A stretch of 64,000 nucleotides of DNA from Podarcis vaucheri (taxonomy: Eukaryota): the NCBI GenBank assembly GCA_965113315.1, contig OZ220366.1, one strand, 5' to 3'. Below are positions 34,185-48,123 of the stretch, one piece after another. Positions within the stretch are counted from its first letter, which is position 1; every line of letters begins with the position of its first letter. The notes beneath the pieces are model-generated. The model worked only from the letters and a program-made list of their open reading frames with translations, ran no database searches and was not told the DNA's origin. The translations under genes and the position numbers were made by a program.

Positions 34185-37100
34185 GTTGTTTAATCAATAG
34201 CATTGGCGTCTCATGATTTGGCCGACTGTTTTGCTGATATCCAGGCCTTCTTAAGGGTACAAGTTCAATAATCTGGGCTTTTTGACATAACATTGAACAA
34301 ATAACTTTTCCTTTTCCAAGTGATAACAAATGTTGTCTATAACCTGGTAGATGAACACAGCATTTAGGAATTGGTACAAAACAGCACCTTGAGAGTCTCA
34401 GTGTTCCCCTACCTTCCCCTTCTTAAATTCCAAAATTGTAGTCCTTGAGGATGTATCTTGAAAATATGTAGTCAATGCTTCACAAAATCTTAAAAACCTA
34501 CGGTTGCCAAGCATGATTCCTGCTGGCTAGTCGGCAGAGTTATTGTATATATGCAGACATTTGTCTCTTTGCATGATTAACAGGATGAATTATGCAAAAT
34601 CAGTAAGTACATATACATTTGTTCAGTTTGATGAACGTATTTCAATCATATCAATTTACAACAGCTTTGCACTGTTTCAATAACTAGAGAAGCTCCTTTA
34701 GTGCCATTTAACTGGCAGTGCGACAACTGTTTTATACTATTGCACAGGTCCATTGTTTTGATCTCAGGCTGGAGACTTTGGCCCCTCTTCCACCAAAGAG
34801 GCACCTTCCTACCAATCAGCTACTCTTACAATGCAGCATTTTTCTCATCATACACAGGAAGTTATCTTTAAGCATCGTCAGATCCAATCCCTCACCCTGA
34901 AAAAATATTTACCACACCAATACCAGAATATGTATCCAGCTGACCTTTCTGGGAAAACCTTCCCATGAAGAAAATGCTACAATGTCCCTTTGTTCCATTG
35001 TCTAAGGATAAAATAGGATTTAAAAGTTTCCCTAATGTCTAACATAAAGATACTTTCCTATAATAAAAACCTCTTACCCTATTCTTTGTGTCAACAGAGC
35101 ACAAAACATTTCATCTGGAAAGCAACTGTTTAAATATTTACACTCTTATTATGCCTCCCTTTAACCTTTATTTCTGTAGGCTTAATTCACTTCTGACCTA
35201 TGTCCCAGTTAAACTAAAATATTTGAACAAAAGAACCTAAGAAGAGCCTTCTGGATGATGCTAATGGTCCATCTTGTTTAGTGTTCCATTTTTCACAGTG
35301 GCCAACCAGATGTCCGTGGGAAACCTGCAAGCAGTTTCCCTTGCAGAACTACAATTCCCAGCATTCTTAACAAACTAGAGTTCCCAGGATTCCATGCAGG
35401 TGGGGCGGGATAAGTGCTTTAAATGTATGATGCGGATGCGAAAGCACAATTTGAATAGTTTTTCACAGTGGAGCCTTGTTAGAGCTATCTATCTACCTGT
35501 TACAGTTCCATACCTTGTTCATAATATTATTCTGATAAATTAATTGTTTCAGATTCTGATGTCTTCAGGTGTGGCAGAGCAGGCTGAGCCCTATAAGGAA
35601 ACAGCAGCTTTTGATCTTATTTATTAGATTTCTTGCCTGTCCTCTGGGTGGGTAAGAAATGTACGATAATAAATAATAATATGACAGTTTCCCAAATAAT
35701 GAGGACATGGCCTGAAGAAAAATTGTGCAGTTGGATGTCAGTGACCAAATGGCAGGCCACCTGGAAATTCCATAGGCACTGCTGTGTATTCCATTGTGTA
35801 GTAATAGATGTGAACAAATATATATATGTGTCTTTTGCAAAATAAAGCATCCCTCCCTTTCCCCCCTTTTTTTGCATGCACAGTTCCATTTAATGCATAA
35901 AATCCAAATCTGCAATCCCATGCCCTCTTTCCTCACTTGCACATGCATAAATTGAACTAACATTCCAGGGAAGGTTGCCGAATCATAAATGTAAAGAAAA
36001 AAAACCTTGTATAGAGAAACAGTAGGCTCCCCCCCGTCTTTTACACCAAATGAAGTCTTCTCTGAAGTTCAAACCTTAACAACCTTGCAGTTGGATCCAT
36101 TCCGCAGCTTGTGATCTCATCTTTTCTAGCACGTGCCTGTACATTAGTCCAAATTAAGCTCTAATTAACAGGAGTATCTCTGCTTCTTAGTGGCGGCATA
36201 GGAGGGTTATCGGTAGGCGAAGTGCTTTTGCACTCAGCGCCTCCCTGCCCCCCACATTCCATGCTGGAGCGAGAGCCAGGTATTGAGATGAACTGCGAGT
36301 GAAGCCCGTTCCTCTCTGTCCCGGGGGGGGGGGGGACTAGCTAAGATAATGACCCTTAATCATCCTTGTTTTTCCTTTGCCAAGGATCTGCTGTCGTGGG
36401 AGCTGCCTCCATTAAGGAAGACTGGAACCGGAAAGCCAATGGCAGGCCCGTTTTAATCAGTGGTAGAAAATACTGTCAGGATTGAATTCCCCAAACTGAA
36501 AATCATAGTGTTTTGGAGGACCAGAAGGTAGGGTGAATAATGGGCCAGGAGCAGACTCCAGTTGAGCTCCAGCAGAGGCAGAACTATTATGTGTTCCTAA
36601 GCTCATGGCAGTGGAAAAAAACATGGGTGGAACCAGTGCTTGTATTCCCTCACAGAGGGCAAAAGAGCTCCACAGAGACATGGGTGTTCCGGCAATTCTC
36701 ACAGGTATTCCCACCACCACCACCACAGAATTTCCACATCACCCGCCTTGCCCAATGAAGCTTATGTGGGACAAGTATGGAGGAAGCACCTTTCTGCACA
36801 CACACCATATCTGCACCATACATCTAAAGCACTCTTATATGAGTTTGAACAGTCAATGCTTCCTCCAAAGAATCCTGGGAACAATAGTTAAGGGTGCTTA
36901 CAATTTTTAGGAGACCCCCATCCCCCTCACAGAGCTATGGGTCTCAGAATTCCCTGGGAAGAGGGATTGGTTGTTAAGCTCAGTTCAGTGCTTTTTTCCC
37001 CTTAAAAAATGTTTAGCGGCACTCTCATTTTTCTACTCATATTGAAATTCTGCCCCTCAGTGAGGCCAAACCTAAATTCATAAAATGTTTAGGGGTATGC

Positions 37101-40100
37101 GTACCCCTGGTCATCTACCCCCCAATAAAAAAGGACTGGTTAAGCTACTTTGAGAACCATAGCTATATGTGGGGAATAGGGGTCTCCTAATAACTCTCAA
37201 CAAGCTACAGTCCCCAAGATTCTTTGAGGGAAGTAGTGAATGTTTAAAGTAGTATAAGAGTGCTTTAACTGTATGGTGTAAATGTGGCCTCTGCCCCCAA
37301 TGCATTAGCACGTGAAATGGCACTCCGAGGCAAAATTTGGGAACATGTAAGTGTGCACTTTGAGTTAAAATGCTGCGGGCGCAAATTAAAATTTTGGCAA
37401 CCCGTCCTACATTCTGTCTCATACTCAAAGCATTCTGGGAACTGACTGAAAAGTCAGAAAATTAATAGTTCTTTTCTGGTATTGGCATATCTAGAGGAAC
37501 TAGAAATAAGCATATTTTATGGTTTTGGTTCTAGGGTGCTAATGTAATAGGAAGCTTAGAAAGGAAATATTAAGGATGACATTTCCTTCTAACAATGAGT
37601 GAGAATATTTTTATTAAAATTGTAAGTTAATTTTATTTGTCTTACAAATATTATTTTAAACACTTCAACATTGATTGACTAAAATGGAAATGATTGGTCA
37701 TAATTCTTTTTAATAGGTTGATAGCTCTAAAATTCACATGATTGTTTTGATTTTGAATCATGAAATCACTTTTGCACTATAATTTCACAATCTGGGAATA
37801 TTACTTCAAGTCCTTCCCATATTTTTACATCTCACATGGAAAAGATTAATGTGAGAGCTGCAGGCTTTAATTGGAAGTTCAGTCACCCCTAAAGCTTAAA
37901 CTTAAGTTTTTGGAGTGATATCCAAATGGTAGTCATATTCATGGTAAACCCACCTGTCTTCATGGACTTAAGTAACTTATCTACTGATTTCAAAATGTCC
38001 ACTTGGATACCACCCTAGTTTGAGCCTATTCGATTTGCGAGAGCCAATGTATTTGGTAAAGCATAAAGGAAAATACATTTATGTATATGCCAAGGGTACT
38101 TTGAGTGTGGTTATCTACTCTAATGGGAAATAAATTCTCATTAGAAATCAATTCCTATGTCTAAAGCACCACAGGAAAATAATTAATGTCCATTGCTAAA
38201 GATGTAGCTATGCTAAAGATCCGTGAACATGTAAAATTGATGGCATCTGTTTTGGTTGATTCAATGTTCGTGTTGATGTCATATTTCATTTAAAGGGCCC
38301 CCAGGCTCTTTGCTAGTTATGGCCTAGTTTACTGCCTGCAAATTACCTCTCCCCTTCTTGTCATCCTTAATTATAGCCACTTACAGCTCTTTAATTAACT
38401 GGCAGTTTTCCTAGCGCTTGCCACCCCAGTCAATTTCTTCTCCCACTCTTCTCTTTAGATTGGTCAATTCCTCTGTTGGAACAGTCATTATCTGCTATTA
38501 TCTTCTCTCATGATTATTCTTTATATGGCCCATCAGAGTATGGTACAGCTGATCTTATCCAAGTCTTTGTAGTTAGCATCTATAACACTCAGTAAATCCC
38601 TGTGTTACACCCTATCACTTAATAAGGTTACTCTGAAGTCCCATTGATTTTCCATTGATTTCAGTGTCTTAACTTTCAAATAAGCAAGTATGCTAAGGAT
38701 TGCAGCTAAAGAACATGGCACATGAGCTATGATCAAACGAAGTGATAGCTCAATTAACTTAGAAAGCAAGAGGAACCAACACCCACTGATGCTATTGCTT
38801 CAGTGGTACCTAAAAGGCAATTCTTAAATGCGGTTGGATTAGTTTATGGCTCCTCCAAATGACCTATTTATTGAGTGTTCAACCTTATTTGTTTGCACGC
38901 AACTTACATGGAGGTTATATTATATACAATATTTGTTGAGCATTTGTTCTGATTAGGTTAACATTCATCCTAATTTGCTTGTGGGGTGTTTCGATGTATT
39001 CCCTTTAATCATTTGTTCATTCATTCCGCACTTCTCAATACAGTTCCCCATTACTTTCCTAACTGCAAAAAGTCAAGTTTCCTTTTAAAAGTGTTGAGAG
39101 TTGCAACAGGCATGGCTCAGTTCAGGGCCCATGTGGATTATGGACAAGAGTCTAGGAGCTATGCTCCATTAATCGTCAGTGTCTGGATCCTCAGGAGAAA
39201 CAATATCTTCTACAACTTGTACTCTTGCAGACTGTCTCCTCCCTTTGATTCTAATCTCCACATCATATTTCAGTGCTTGTCCAACTGATTAGAAGATGAA
39301 GCCTTTATGTCAGGAATGGGAACCTATGGCATTCCAAATGTTGTTGGGTTACATCTCTCATCATCACTGACCATTGGCCATGTGGGTGGGGCTGATGGGA
39401 GCGGACTCCATCAAGATCTGGCATGCCACAAGTTACCCATTTTTGCTGCTTTATGATGTGGAATGCTCATGGTTTTGTTGCATACACCACAATTTAAATC
39501 TTCCCTCAAAACAGCATGTCTCCAACTTTTACATAAACTCTTTTATTTGAAGACCAACATTAACTATATCACAGTTGGCTAATTTGCTGCCTTCCAGGGG
39601 TCTTTGGACTCCAGCTCCCACCAGTCCCAGCCAGCATGACAGATGGTCAATAATGATCAGACTTGAAGTCCAGCAGCACGATGAGGAACAGAGGTTCACC
39701 AGCCGAGGTCTACATATTCAACAAGAAATACACAAAGTAGAATGCAAAGTATCCCTGTGATTGAACTTGTCAAAACCAAGAGACTTGGCATGAATTACAT
39801 ATTTAGCTATCACCTAAGCCTACGGACTTTTAAAATCTCTTCAAAGCCTTCTCTGAAGACCATTTGGAAATCTTTGGCAAGGTGATACAGTAATGGCACT
39901 CATATTATCATTGATTTATTCAGTATGGCTTAAAAGTTGTCTTTTGTAACAACTACCCACGTAGTACATGTTTAAATGAGTGAAAGAAAACAGACCATTT
40001 CCAACATAACCGTTGAAACTTATTTATTTGCAGGAGTAGATAACGGCTACAAATGTTGCCCAGAATGACAAACATCACACAATCTCTTTGAATGTGTGGT

Positions 40101-40306
40101 GGCCTCATTTCAGTTTTCTAAACAGTTGACATCATCTTTGGCGAAGAGCTCAAAGGCTGACTATGAACAAAACTGTTTCCTCTTAAGATGCTTCCTCAAG
40201 GCTAAGGCAATGATCAGAACTCTGGTAGGCTTATTCTCTAAGTAAATACAATTCCATTGCCTGCAGCATTTTATGTTCTTCCAGAATCAAATTTTGAAAG
40301 AGATAA

Positions 40307-40832
40307 TGTTGCATGCCACCACAATCTCTGAGTGGTGCAAGTTTCCAAGGGATCCAGGTGCCTACCCAGGGTTCAGTTTCCTTGGAAGGAGGGAAAGCAG
40401 AGACTGTGGTGTCTTTTATATATGGTTTATTTACACATATATACAACCTGAGCCTATGCTGTAGCGGCTCACACCATTAACACTCCAAGAGGGTCTTGCT
40501 TTCCCCATAGCCACAGCCTTACTTTCCAAAAGAAATCAGGCACGGCTCTGTCTCCCAGCTGCCCAGCCTTCTTCCAGCGCCTAGCTTCTAGCTCACACAT
40601 CTTGACTCTGGCTTTTGTCTTTCTAACTACCAGAGAGTTGAGGAAGGCCCACCCATTTGTCTTCTACACACAGCCACTTCCTTTGTTACCTTAATCATTG
40701 GCTCCTACTTAGGCCATTATCACGAAACTTGCCTGGCTAGTCCAACACTTGAATCCTTGTTGGATTTGGAAATTAGAAGGGACTCAGGAATACAGCCTAC
40801 CCCACTAGAAAAATAAAAACCCTCACTTTACT
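40307..40832 (-). mobile_element. Probable solo LTR, same family as 2446-3413
   Basis: Shared segment (ccacagtctc, aataaacc, caggttatatatg) in inverted orientation. Confidence 0.5.
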
Positions 40833-41798
40833 AACTCGTGTGCCTTAGTCCCCAACTACAATACTGATTTATTTCTTGTAAGGTTTACCAAGATAATGTG
40901 TCACAGGAAGTGCCTTGAATGTTCTAAAACCCATTATTACATTACCATCAGTACATTAATGAACACAATGAGGGTTCTTATTCAACAAATGCATAAATTG
41001 TGCCCCCATGCACTATACGCCTGGTATATTTCAATCACGTTCTCCATTTGGTGGCCCATCAGATCAAAACTCAAAGACTCTTCATGTATGCCAAAACTCC
41101 TATGAATCACTCTTCTATTGCATGCGGAGGTGGAAGAAAGCAGGTTGTGAAGCAGCATAGACTGGCACAGTGAGTCACTAAGGTGGAGTGCTGGCCAGAG
41201 AACAGAGGAGATGGGTGAAGTATGCAAAGCTTGGATGTAGCCCAATGCCTTTCTCTGCCTTGGCATGTTGTGCATGTGATGAGGAAAGGGCTGAGGGAAG
41301 CTTTTCTTCGCTTTGGATCTGTTTCTCCACCGCCGTGGGATCGTTTTTTGGTGGAGCTCGCTTTGCCAGCAGTGCCATGAGGAAAGCAACCTAAATGCCA
41401 AAAGTTCTCTGCAACGAGGCTCAGCTTGTTTTGCCCTCCGAGGCGTGCTTTGTGTATCCCTCCATTTTGCCTTGCTCTCACGCAAGGTGATCATTACAAA
41501 TAAAAGCAAACGTTTTAGTACCTGAACTTTATTGCCGTTCTTATCTCATTCATACTTACAAAGTCTGAGCGAGGCTAATCTTCCGGGTTCTCTATACATG
41601 GAGAACTGAGGTTGAAAGGTAACGAAGTCCCCAGGGGCAGGGAAGCTTGCTAAAATGGAGTTACAACCATAATTTCCTACTTGTAGTCTAATTCTCAAGC
41701 TGCCAGATTTCTAGAGTTCTTAGCATGGCATTATGTCCACACAGACATATGTTAAGTTCTTCTGCTGAGACCCTCCATCATTAAGTGTGAAGTCACAC

Positions 41799-41950
41799 CC
41801 ACACCATATATTTAAAGCACATGGTTTTCCTCAAAGAAACCTGGGAATTGTAGTTTATATCTGACAGAGCGATAATTCTTAACACCCTCAACAAACTACA
41901 GTTCCCAGGATTCTTTGGGAGAAGTCATGTGCTTTAAATATATGGTGTGG
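41799..41950. mobile_element. Palindromic MITE (ccacaccatatatttaaagcac...gtgctttaaatatatggtgtgg); relatives at ~36805-37290 (interrupted by a hAT at ~36986-37138), ~35340-35440, ~61395-61505
   Basis: Long terminal inverted repeats visible directly. Confidence 0.72.
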
Positions 41951-43467
41951 AGATGGTGAAGTGATGCCTGCTAGGGATTGTTCCTTTTCTGTGATTGGAC
42001 TTCATCTATGGAATTGCCTCCCCTGGTACATTTGTCAGGCTTCCACTCTCTTTATCTTAGATGCCCTGTTCAAAGCCTTTTTGTTTTGCCCATTTCCAGT
42101 TGATTGGCCAAGTGATTTATACAGTGGCATCAGGTTCATTGCCTGTAGTTGAACCCTTATTTATATTAATTTCCTGAGTCCAAAGTGAAAACACCATGTT
42201 TTGAAATAACACCCTGTATTATCCTTGATCAAGCAGTTGCCTCCTATTAATCTAACACTTCAAGCAGAAATCCTGATAGCACCCAATACAGCCACAAAGC
42301 TCTAGACTTACAATCTCTAGGATGCAATCAATCATTTCTTTCAGGAGCTGTGTTACACTGATAGCTCTGAGAGCTCATATTGCAGTGACGTTGCAATGGA
42401 GTTTGGCCTTCTGCCCTTTGTCCTCTCCTTTCTTCCTCTTGTCTCATACATGCTCGAAATATGCAAGGCTCTGAGTGATTCCACATGATCTGTTTATTGA
42501 ACATTTGCTCTGATTTATTTGCAAGAAGATTAGACAACAGTTGGCTACTTAATGAGCATTTATTCTGATTTGTTTGCAGAGAAGATAGGTGACATTGCAA
42601 GTGGTATCCCGCACTTTCCTTATCTCAAAAAGTCCAATCGTTTGGGGAAGCATATTTGTTATGCAATACCGCTCAATTATAAGTGCGCATTCTGAATTTG
42701 CTGATACATGTTTCAATCCCACTCAAAAAACAGTGACAATCTGGAAGCTCTCTAGATATGGGACTGTTTACTTAACTGCTGTAGCAAGAGGATTAGGAAA
42801 GGGAAATGTACTCTCCACTGATTCCTCCCCTGGGTGCATTTAATAAAAACGAACCACTTTGTGATTGTCAGGTAAGGTTATTAGAGTCCCATCCTATCAG
42901 CCTATCCTGTAAGAGTTTTATAGAAAATTGTTTTATAGAAAACAGCTTGTGTATGGCTATGCAGATCCCAAAGTAAATTGTAAGTAGAGGCTTCGTTTAA
43001 TATAGAAAAAGACAGAGGACACCACTAGCATCAGCTGCTGTCACATAAATCCCCTGACTGGGTGAAAATTTTCAAACTATTTTCGATGCCCCCCATCACC
43101 TCCAGGTTTCAGGGCTTAAATGAACACCACCAACCCGTAATTACCAAAAGTTTTCACCTCTCACACAGGTTTATCATCTCAAGTGAGCAATCAAGGCCCC
43201 AGTTCTTCTGTTCTATTTCAGTTCCCTCTCCACCTCCTGACCACATCCTCTGTTTCTTTAACATGCAGCTAAAGGATTTACAGCACTGTAGTTCATTGTG
43301 GTCAATCATGCAAGGTTCTCATACTCATTATGATGTAATAGCAGCAGGAGAGCTTCCTCACTTTGATCCTTGATTTGAGTCGAGGTGTGGCATAGTCTCC
43401 TCTCTCCCGCCCCAAAGAACACATAGATTATCTGACTACACTGTTCAAGGGCAGATTTCATTAGAAG

Positions 43468-43806
43468 CATGCCCTCCTACATTTGTCTGATGAAAATAGG
43501 GACATCCCATTCCATCATGATAATTTTACCATTTATACCCCACACATGCTGAACTCAGCCACTCAAGGCAGCTTCCACCATATAAAAAACATAATAAAAC
43601 ATTAAACATTAAAAAAACCCCTTCACTATACAGGATTGTCTTCAGATGACTTAGGGGGTCAGAAAACTCCATACCCTCAAATATTTCTCCCATGAAAATA
43701 GGGACATCCTAAGGAAAAGCAGGACATTCTGGGATGAAATCAGAAACCAGTACGGCTTCTCTAAATCAGGAACATCCCTGGAAAACAGGGACACTTGGAG
43801 GGTCTG
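43468..43806. mobile_element. Non-autonomous DNA transposon (CAT/GACCCTCC termini); inverted copy at ~59927-60279, related termini at 51091-51369
   Basis: The two copies are reverse complements over ~340 bp; the 59927 copy is flanked by AGGTACAC direct repeats. Confidence 0.72.
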
Positions 43807-44180
43807 CAGAAGGCAAAGGAGAAATCTAGGCTATGCTGCTATTGGCTTGTGAATATTCCATGTTTAAAAAGCATCTGTCAAGCTACTCTACTCAGGGGAC
43901 CTTACACAAAAACATTGCATTTCACGGAGCCATGTAGGTGTTGTGTTTCAGGGTGTGAAAGCTACAGCCTACTTGTGGCCCATGACACACTGATCACATG
44001 TAACAGAATATCAAAACGGATCAATATTATTCTGCATAAACTCTGTGTGGCTGCCCTTGAGGAAACTAGAATGTGACTACTTGGGTGGCATATTTCAGTT
44101 CCACAGTGTGCCATTTGTATCCCTACCATAATTTGTAATTTGCACTCTCCCAGAAGTGACCTCCTCAAGAGTTCTTAAAC

Positions 44181-44317
44181 TCAGTGCTATTTTTCTAGAA
44201 AAAGAGGTGCCAGAACTCACCATGAACACCTCCCTTGTTCTCTTATGATGGCAATGGTGTCCACCTGAGAGGTGCCGGAACTGAGTTCCGTCTAGTTCTG
44301 GCTGAAAAAAAGCTTTG
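44181..44317. mobile_element. hAT-like MITE; inverted relative at ~61818-61935
   Basis: tttttctagaaaaagaggtgcc...gaactcaccatg shared in opposite orientation. Confidence 0.6.
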
Positions 44318-44878
44318 CTCCATGGAACATTTGGAGCTGCCTTATACTGAGAGAGGAAGCAGCTCCTGGTTAATGTCAGGAGGAGGAAGAGGAGGCTGAA
44401 CATGGAGCCAAGAGTGGTGCAGTGCAGCTTCAGTGGCCAGCAGCTCCTCCTCTCCCCCCTTCTGTGTAAGGGAAAGATGGGAAAAGCAGCCCCTGCTGGT
44501 GGGGGTGGCAGGAAGAGGAGGTTGAGCGAGAGAGAGGAGGAGCCACCAGCCACTGAGGCCATGCTGCCGCTGCATTCGGCTCCACACCCTGGCTCCTTCT
44601 TATGTGCCTCATGCCACATCCCGATGTCACACGTGCGCCATCGGCCCCCTCAGACCTCTGCACAAGTTGGCACCTCTACCCCAATGGATGGGCTAAAGAG
44701 CTGGGCACACCAGCCATACTCTTCTATCCCTGCTTCGAGCAGGAAGCTTTGAAGTTGGATGGTAAGTGTGTTAGGAGAGGTGGGTTAGAAATCTGTTAAA
44801 TAAATGCACAAATAATGATGCACGCCTGACTCAGCCCTTTGTTCTCATTAATTCTACAGCTACACGGGTTAGTTAGAG

Positions 44879-45306
44879 CAGCGGCGTAGCGTGAGTTGTC
44901 AGCACCCGGGGTGAGGCAAGTAATTTGTGCCCCCCCTAACCCCTAACCTGCCGATCTGAGGCGACTTGCCGCTGGCGCTGCCGCCCAAACCACGCCGCTT
45001 GCCTGGAGGAGGAGGGGGGCAGAGAGGCGAGGAAAATGCAACATGGCCCAGCAGCTGCTGCAGCAGCAGCAGAGGCGGGGCTGTGAGGAGGGGCTGCCTG
45101 GCGCGTCCTCCGCGGCCCTGAGAGCCGCTGCCTGCCGGACGCCTTCAGCCCGGGCGCGCGCACAGCTCGTCGGTTCCACGAGACATGGGGCTCTGCTACA
45201 GCCTGAGCCGGAGACTCTTCGGCGACTCCGAAGGCAGCGAGCGCCCCCCCCAGATGTTGCGCCCGGTGCGGCCGGGCCCCCTGGCACCCCCCACGCTACG
45301 CCACTG
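44879..45306. mobile_element. hAT-type MITE (same termini as 2736-2882)
   Basis: cagcggcgtagcgtg...cacgctacgccactg; TSD AGTTAGAG. Confidence 0.88.
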
Positions 45307-45314
45307 AGTTAGAG

Positions 45315-45662
45315 CAGTGTTTTTCAACCATTTTTGGGCAAAGGCACAATTGTTTCATGAAAAAAATCACGAGGCACACCACCACTGTGTGCGGAGAGGG
45401 AGATGTCAGAGCCCCGCTGCTCTCTATGGGGAATCGGATGAGAGCGGACCGCCTGTCCGCTCTCATCCGATCCCATCCAATCTGATCCCCACCCAGGACA
45501 GATGGAAAATAGGGTGGACACAGTCCGGTGCCCGCCTAGTGGGCGAAAAATTGACTTTTTTAAAAAAATATATCTTTCGAATCTTTCAATTTTTCCCACG
45601 GCACACCAGGCAACATCTCGCGGCACACTAGTGTGCTGCGGAACAGTGGTTGAAAAACACTG
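45315..45662. mobile_element. hAT/Charlie-type MITE
   Basis: TIR CAGTGTTTTTCAACC / GGTTGAAAAACACTG; TSD AGTTAGAG. Confidence 0.9.
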
Positions 45663-46609
45663 AGTTAGAGACAGACAGACTTTCACACATACTCAATTGT
45701 TCTCTATTGACCTTCTCCCTCTGGGCAAATCTAAAAAAGATTGTGTGTGCATCTGGGAAAAGTATGGAGCAAAGGCTCCAGATAACTCTTATCTGACATG
45801 CTAATAAATGTAAACGTCTGTCATGTGCCATAATTTTTAATACATGCATGTTTATCTTTCAGATATTGTTAGCACTTGTTACTGCAAATATTGCCTTTCC
45901 ATGTAAAGACAATATTGTGTATTATGCCAAAGCACATTATGACTGTCCTAAATTAATGATTGTCTATAATTTTGTAAATAAAAGCTGGAGAAGTTCTGTT
46001 AGGCTTTTATTTTTATTAATTTCAGTGGGTGTACTCTGAATAAAAGCTAGTTGAATACAAACTGTGGATGGATTTTAGGAAAGTGAAATAACATGTTTTA
46101 AGATTAATTAAAGTCTCATGAACTAAAAAGTGAAAAGTTGAATACATTCTGTGACATGAGTCTGTCATGGTTCCCAGTAAAAGGAAGTTCAATGTGGTCC
46201 TAAACAAGTTACACTTCTGTTTTGTGTAGAACTGCACTGGAGCAGCTCTGTTGCTGAAGCTTTGAGGTAAAATAACTTCATCTTGATCTCCTTATGAGCT
46301 TTTAGATGGGCTCATTCTTGGTCTGGAAGAGTAACAGATGTGCACAGGATCTCTCCAATCAAAAGCAAAGTCTGTGGACAAACAGGCAACAACTTTCCTT
46401 TCACATTTCATTCATATTTTTTGGACATGCACGGGCTTCATTTTTAAATCCATCCACTGCAACATTTAAAGAAACAACTCACACAATAAAACTTCAGCCA
46501 TAATAGTGTTCAGTCAACCAAAAAGGGAGATAGCCAATATGTATATAGCAGATTAGGATTGCATCCATTGGCCTCACCCCTGACTGCTACTCAGTGAAAT
46601 GGCAGTTTT

Positions 46610-47976
46610 CATAGAATAGAATCATAGAATCATAGAAGAATCATAGAATCATAGAGTTGGAAGAGACCACAAGGGCCATCGAGTCCAACCCCCTGCCAAG
46701 CAGGAAACACCATCAGAGCACTCCTGACATATGGTTGTCAAGCCTCTGCTTAAAGACCTCCAAAGTAGGAGACTCCACCACACTCCTTGGCAGCAAATTC
46801 CACTGTCGAACAGCTCTTATTGTCAGGAAGTTCTTCCTAATGTTTAGGTGGAATCTTCTTTCTTGTAGTTTGGATCCATTGCTCTGTGTCCGCTTCTCTG
46901 GAGCAGCAGAAAACAATCTTTCTCCTTCCTCTATGTGACATCCTTTTATATATTTGAACATGGCTATCATATCACCCCTTAACCTCCTCTTCTCTAGGCT
47001 AAACATGCCCATCTCCCTTAGCCGTTCCTCATAAGGCATCGTTTCCAGGCCTTTGACCATTTTGGTTGCCCTCCTCTGGACACGTTCTAGTTTGTCAGTG
47101 TCCTTCTTGAACTGTGGTGCCCAGAACTGGACACAGTACTCCAGGTGAGGTCTGACCAGAGCAGAATACAGTGGCACTATTACTTCCCTTGATCTAGATG
47201 CTATACTCCTATTGATGCAGCCCAGAATTGCATTGGCTTTTTTAGCTGCCGCGTCACACTGTTGGCTCATGTCTTTCATGCATAATTTTTTATTAATTTG
47301 CGTAGTACAAAATACAAGTCAAGTTTGTGGTCAACCAAGACTCCTAGATCCTTTTCACATGTACTGCTCTCAAGCCAGGTGTCACCCATCTTGTATTTGT
47401 GCCTCTCATTTTTTTTTTGCCCAAGTGCAATACTTTACATTTCTCCCTGTTAAAATTCATCTTGTTTGTTTTGGCCCAGTTCTCTAATCTGTCAAGGTCA
47501 TTTTGAAGTGTGATCCTGTCCTCTGGGGTGTTAGCCACCCCTCCCAGTTTGGTGTCATCTGCAAATTTGATCAGGATGCCCTTGAGTCCATCATCCAAGT
47601 CGTTGATGAAGATGTTGAATAAGACCGGGCCCAAGACAGAACCCTGTGGTACCCCGCTAGTCACTCTTCTCCAGGATGAAGAGGAACCATTGATGAGCAC
47701 CCTTTGGGTTCGGTCAGTCAGCCAGTTACAAATCCACTGAGTGGTAGCATAGTCAAGACCGCATTTTACCAGCTTCTTTACAAGAATATCATGGGGTACC
47801 TTGTCAAATGCCTTGCTGAAATCAAGGTAGGCTACATCCACTGTGTTCCCCTCATCTACCAGGCTTGTAATTCTGTCAAAAAACGAGATCAGGTTAGTCT
47901 GACATGACTTATTTTTCAGAAATCCATGCTGACTATTGGTGATCACAGCATTCCTTTCTAGGTGCTCACAGACTGT
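46610..47976 (-). mobile_element. CR1 LINE, 5'-truncated; RT ORF2 disrupted
   Basis: [58 protein letters not shown]; (ATTCTATG)n-type tail; ~47-bp insertion near 47274-47320. Confidence 0.95.
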
Positions 47977-48048
47977 TTTGGATGATTGAAGCCAGTACAT
48001 TTCTATTCCCGTGCTGTACGTGCTTGATTTGTACCAAAACATGGAAAT

Positions 48049-48123
48049 TAGAATCATATAATTGTAGAGTTGAAAGGGTCCCTGAGGGTCATCAAGTTCA
48101 ATCAACCCTTTGCACTGCAGGAA
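48049..48123 (-). mobile_element. CR1 3'-tail fragment
   Basis: tagaatcata...gagttgaaagggtccctgagggtcatc. Confidence 0.65.

Noticed and set aside
40982-41525. Overlapping 124-175 aa ORFs
   Set aside because: No splice context or homology. More likely non-coding regulatory DNA (contains TGAGTCA at 41171-41177).
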